From contig OX597816.1 of NCBI GenBank assembly GCA_951406725.2, positions 1,612,001 through 1,676,000 on the forward strand: a DNA stretch of 64,000 nucleotides, in the 5' to 3' direction. The notes beneath the pieces were generated by a model. It ran no database searches, had not been told where the DNA came from, and saw nothing but the letters and a program-made list of their open reading frames with translations. Shown piece by piece: positions 63,629 through 64,000 of the stretch. Within the stretch, counting starts at the first letter, position 1; every line of letters starts with the position of its first letter. This DNA is from Octopus vulgaris. Its lineage: Eukaryota. The position numbers were made by a program, and so were the translations under genes.

Positions 63629-63749
63629 GGAATGAAGAAATCCTGAGAGAAGTCGACGGAGCTTTGTTTGCTTTGTCATTGGACCATCATTCACCGTCAA
63701 CACCAGACGAAATACTGGAAGCTTATCTGCATGGAGATGGCTCTAACAG
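63629..63749 (+). CDS. CPT2: CPT2 exon 10 (NEEILREVDGALFALSLD...YLHGDGSNR); gene continues past the window end
   Basis: LHGDG-NR motif of carnitine acyltransferases. Acceptor ttccag, donor AG|gtgggt. Confidence 0.95.
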
Positions 63750-64000
63750 GTGGGTAAACATTTGTAGGTTTTTGTCTGTGACTCCTCTTGGTGGTTGCTT
63801 AAGATGGTGGGAATCTGATCGGGGTGGGGGGGTCATCTGAATCTGAAGATGGAAAATGTACAAAGGTTTTGATGCGATTCTTCTAAAATATAATGAAATA
63901 ATAAAAGGTATTACGTGTGTGGGATCATTCAGTGGAAGGGTTCTTGTAGCATTGGCATTTGCAGGAAAGAGAAGTCCTAAACATGTGCAAAGGATTTAGT

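Overview
AT-rich, microsatellite-dense metazoan genomic DNA, most likely octopus/cephalopod (inferred from the SINE/LINE repertoire). Two intron-rich genes sit head-to-head about 16 kb apart. Muskelin (MKLN1) coding exons 1-6 lie on the minus strand (16759 to 1219, continuing off the left edge). Carnitine O-palmitoyltransferase 2 (CPT2) coding exons 1-10 lie on the plus strand (32732 to 63749, continuing off the right edge). All exons were joined by hand with consistent splice phases, and one CPT2 intron is GC-AG. The rest is mostly mobile DNA: three copies of an RTE-clade LINE whose reverse transcriptase carries an in-frame C4HC3 PHD finger, a GC-rich BovB-like RTE fossil, R4/Dong-like and CR1-like fragments, a mariner fossil, several MITEs and tRNA-derived SINEs. 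There are also about five sequence families of short repeats, often arranged as inverted pairs, that carry minimal hammerhead-ribozyme cores, one of them with a tRNA-like head. The most notable signals are the PHD-in-RT LINE with its modular hairpin-array 3' UTR and (TA)n targeting, and the hammerhead-bearing elements.
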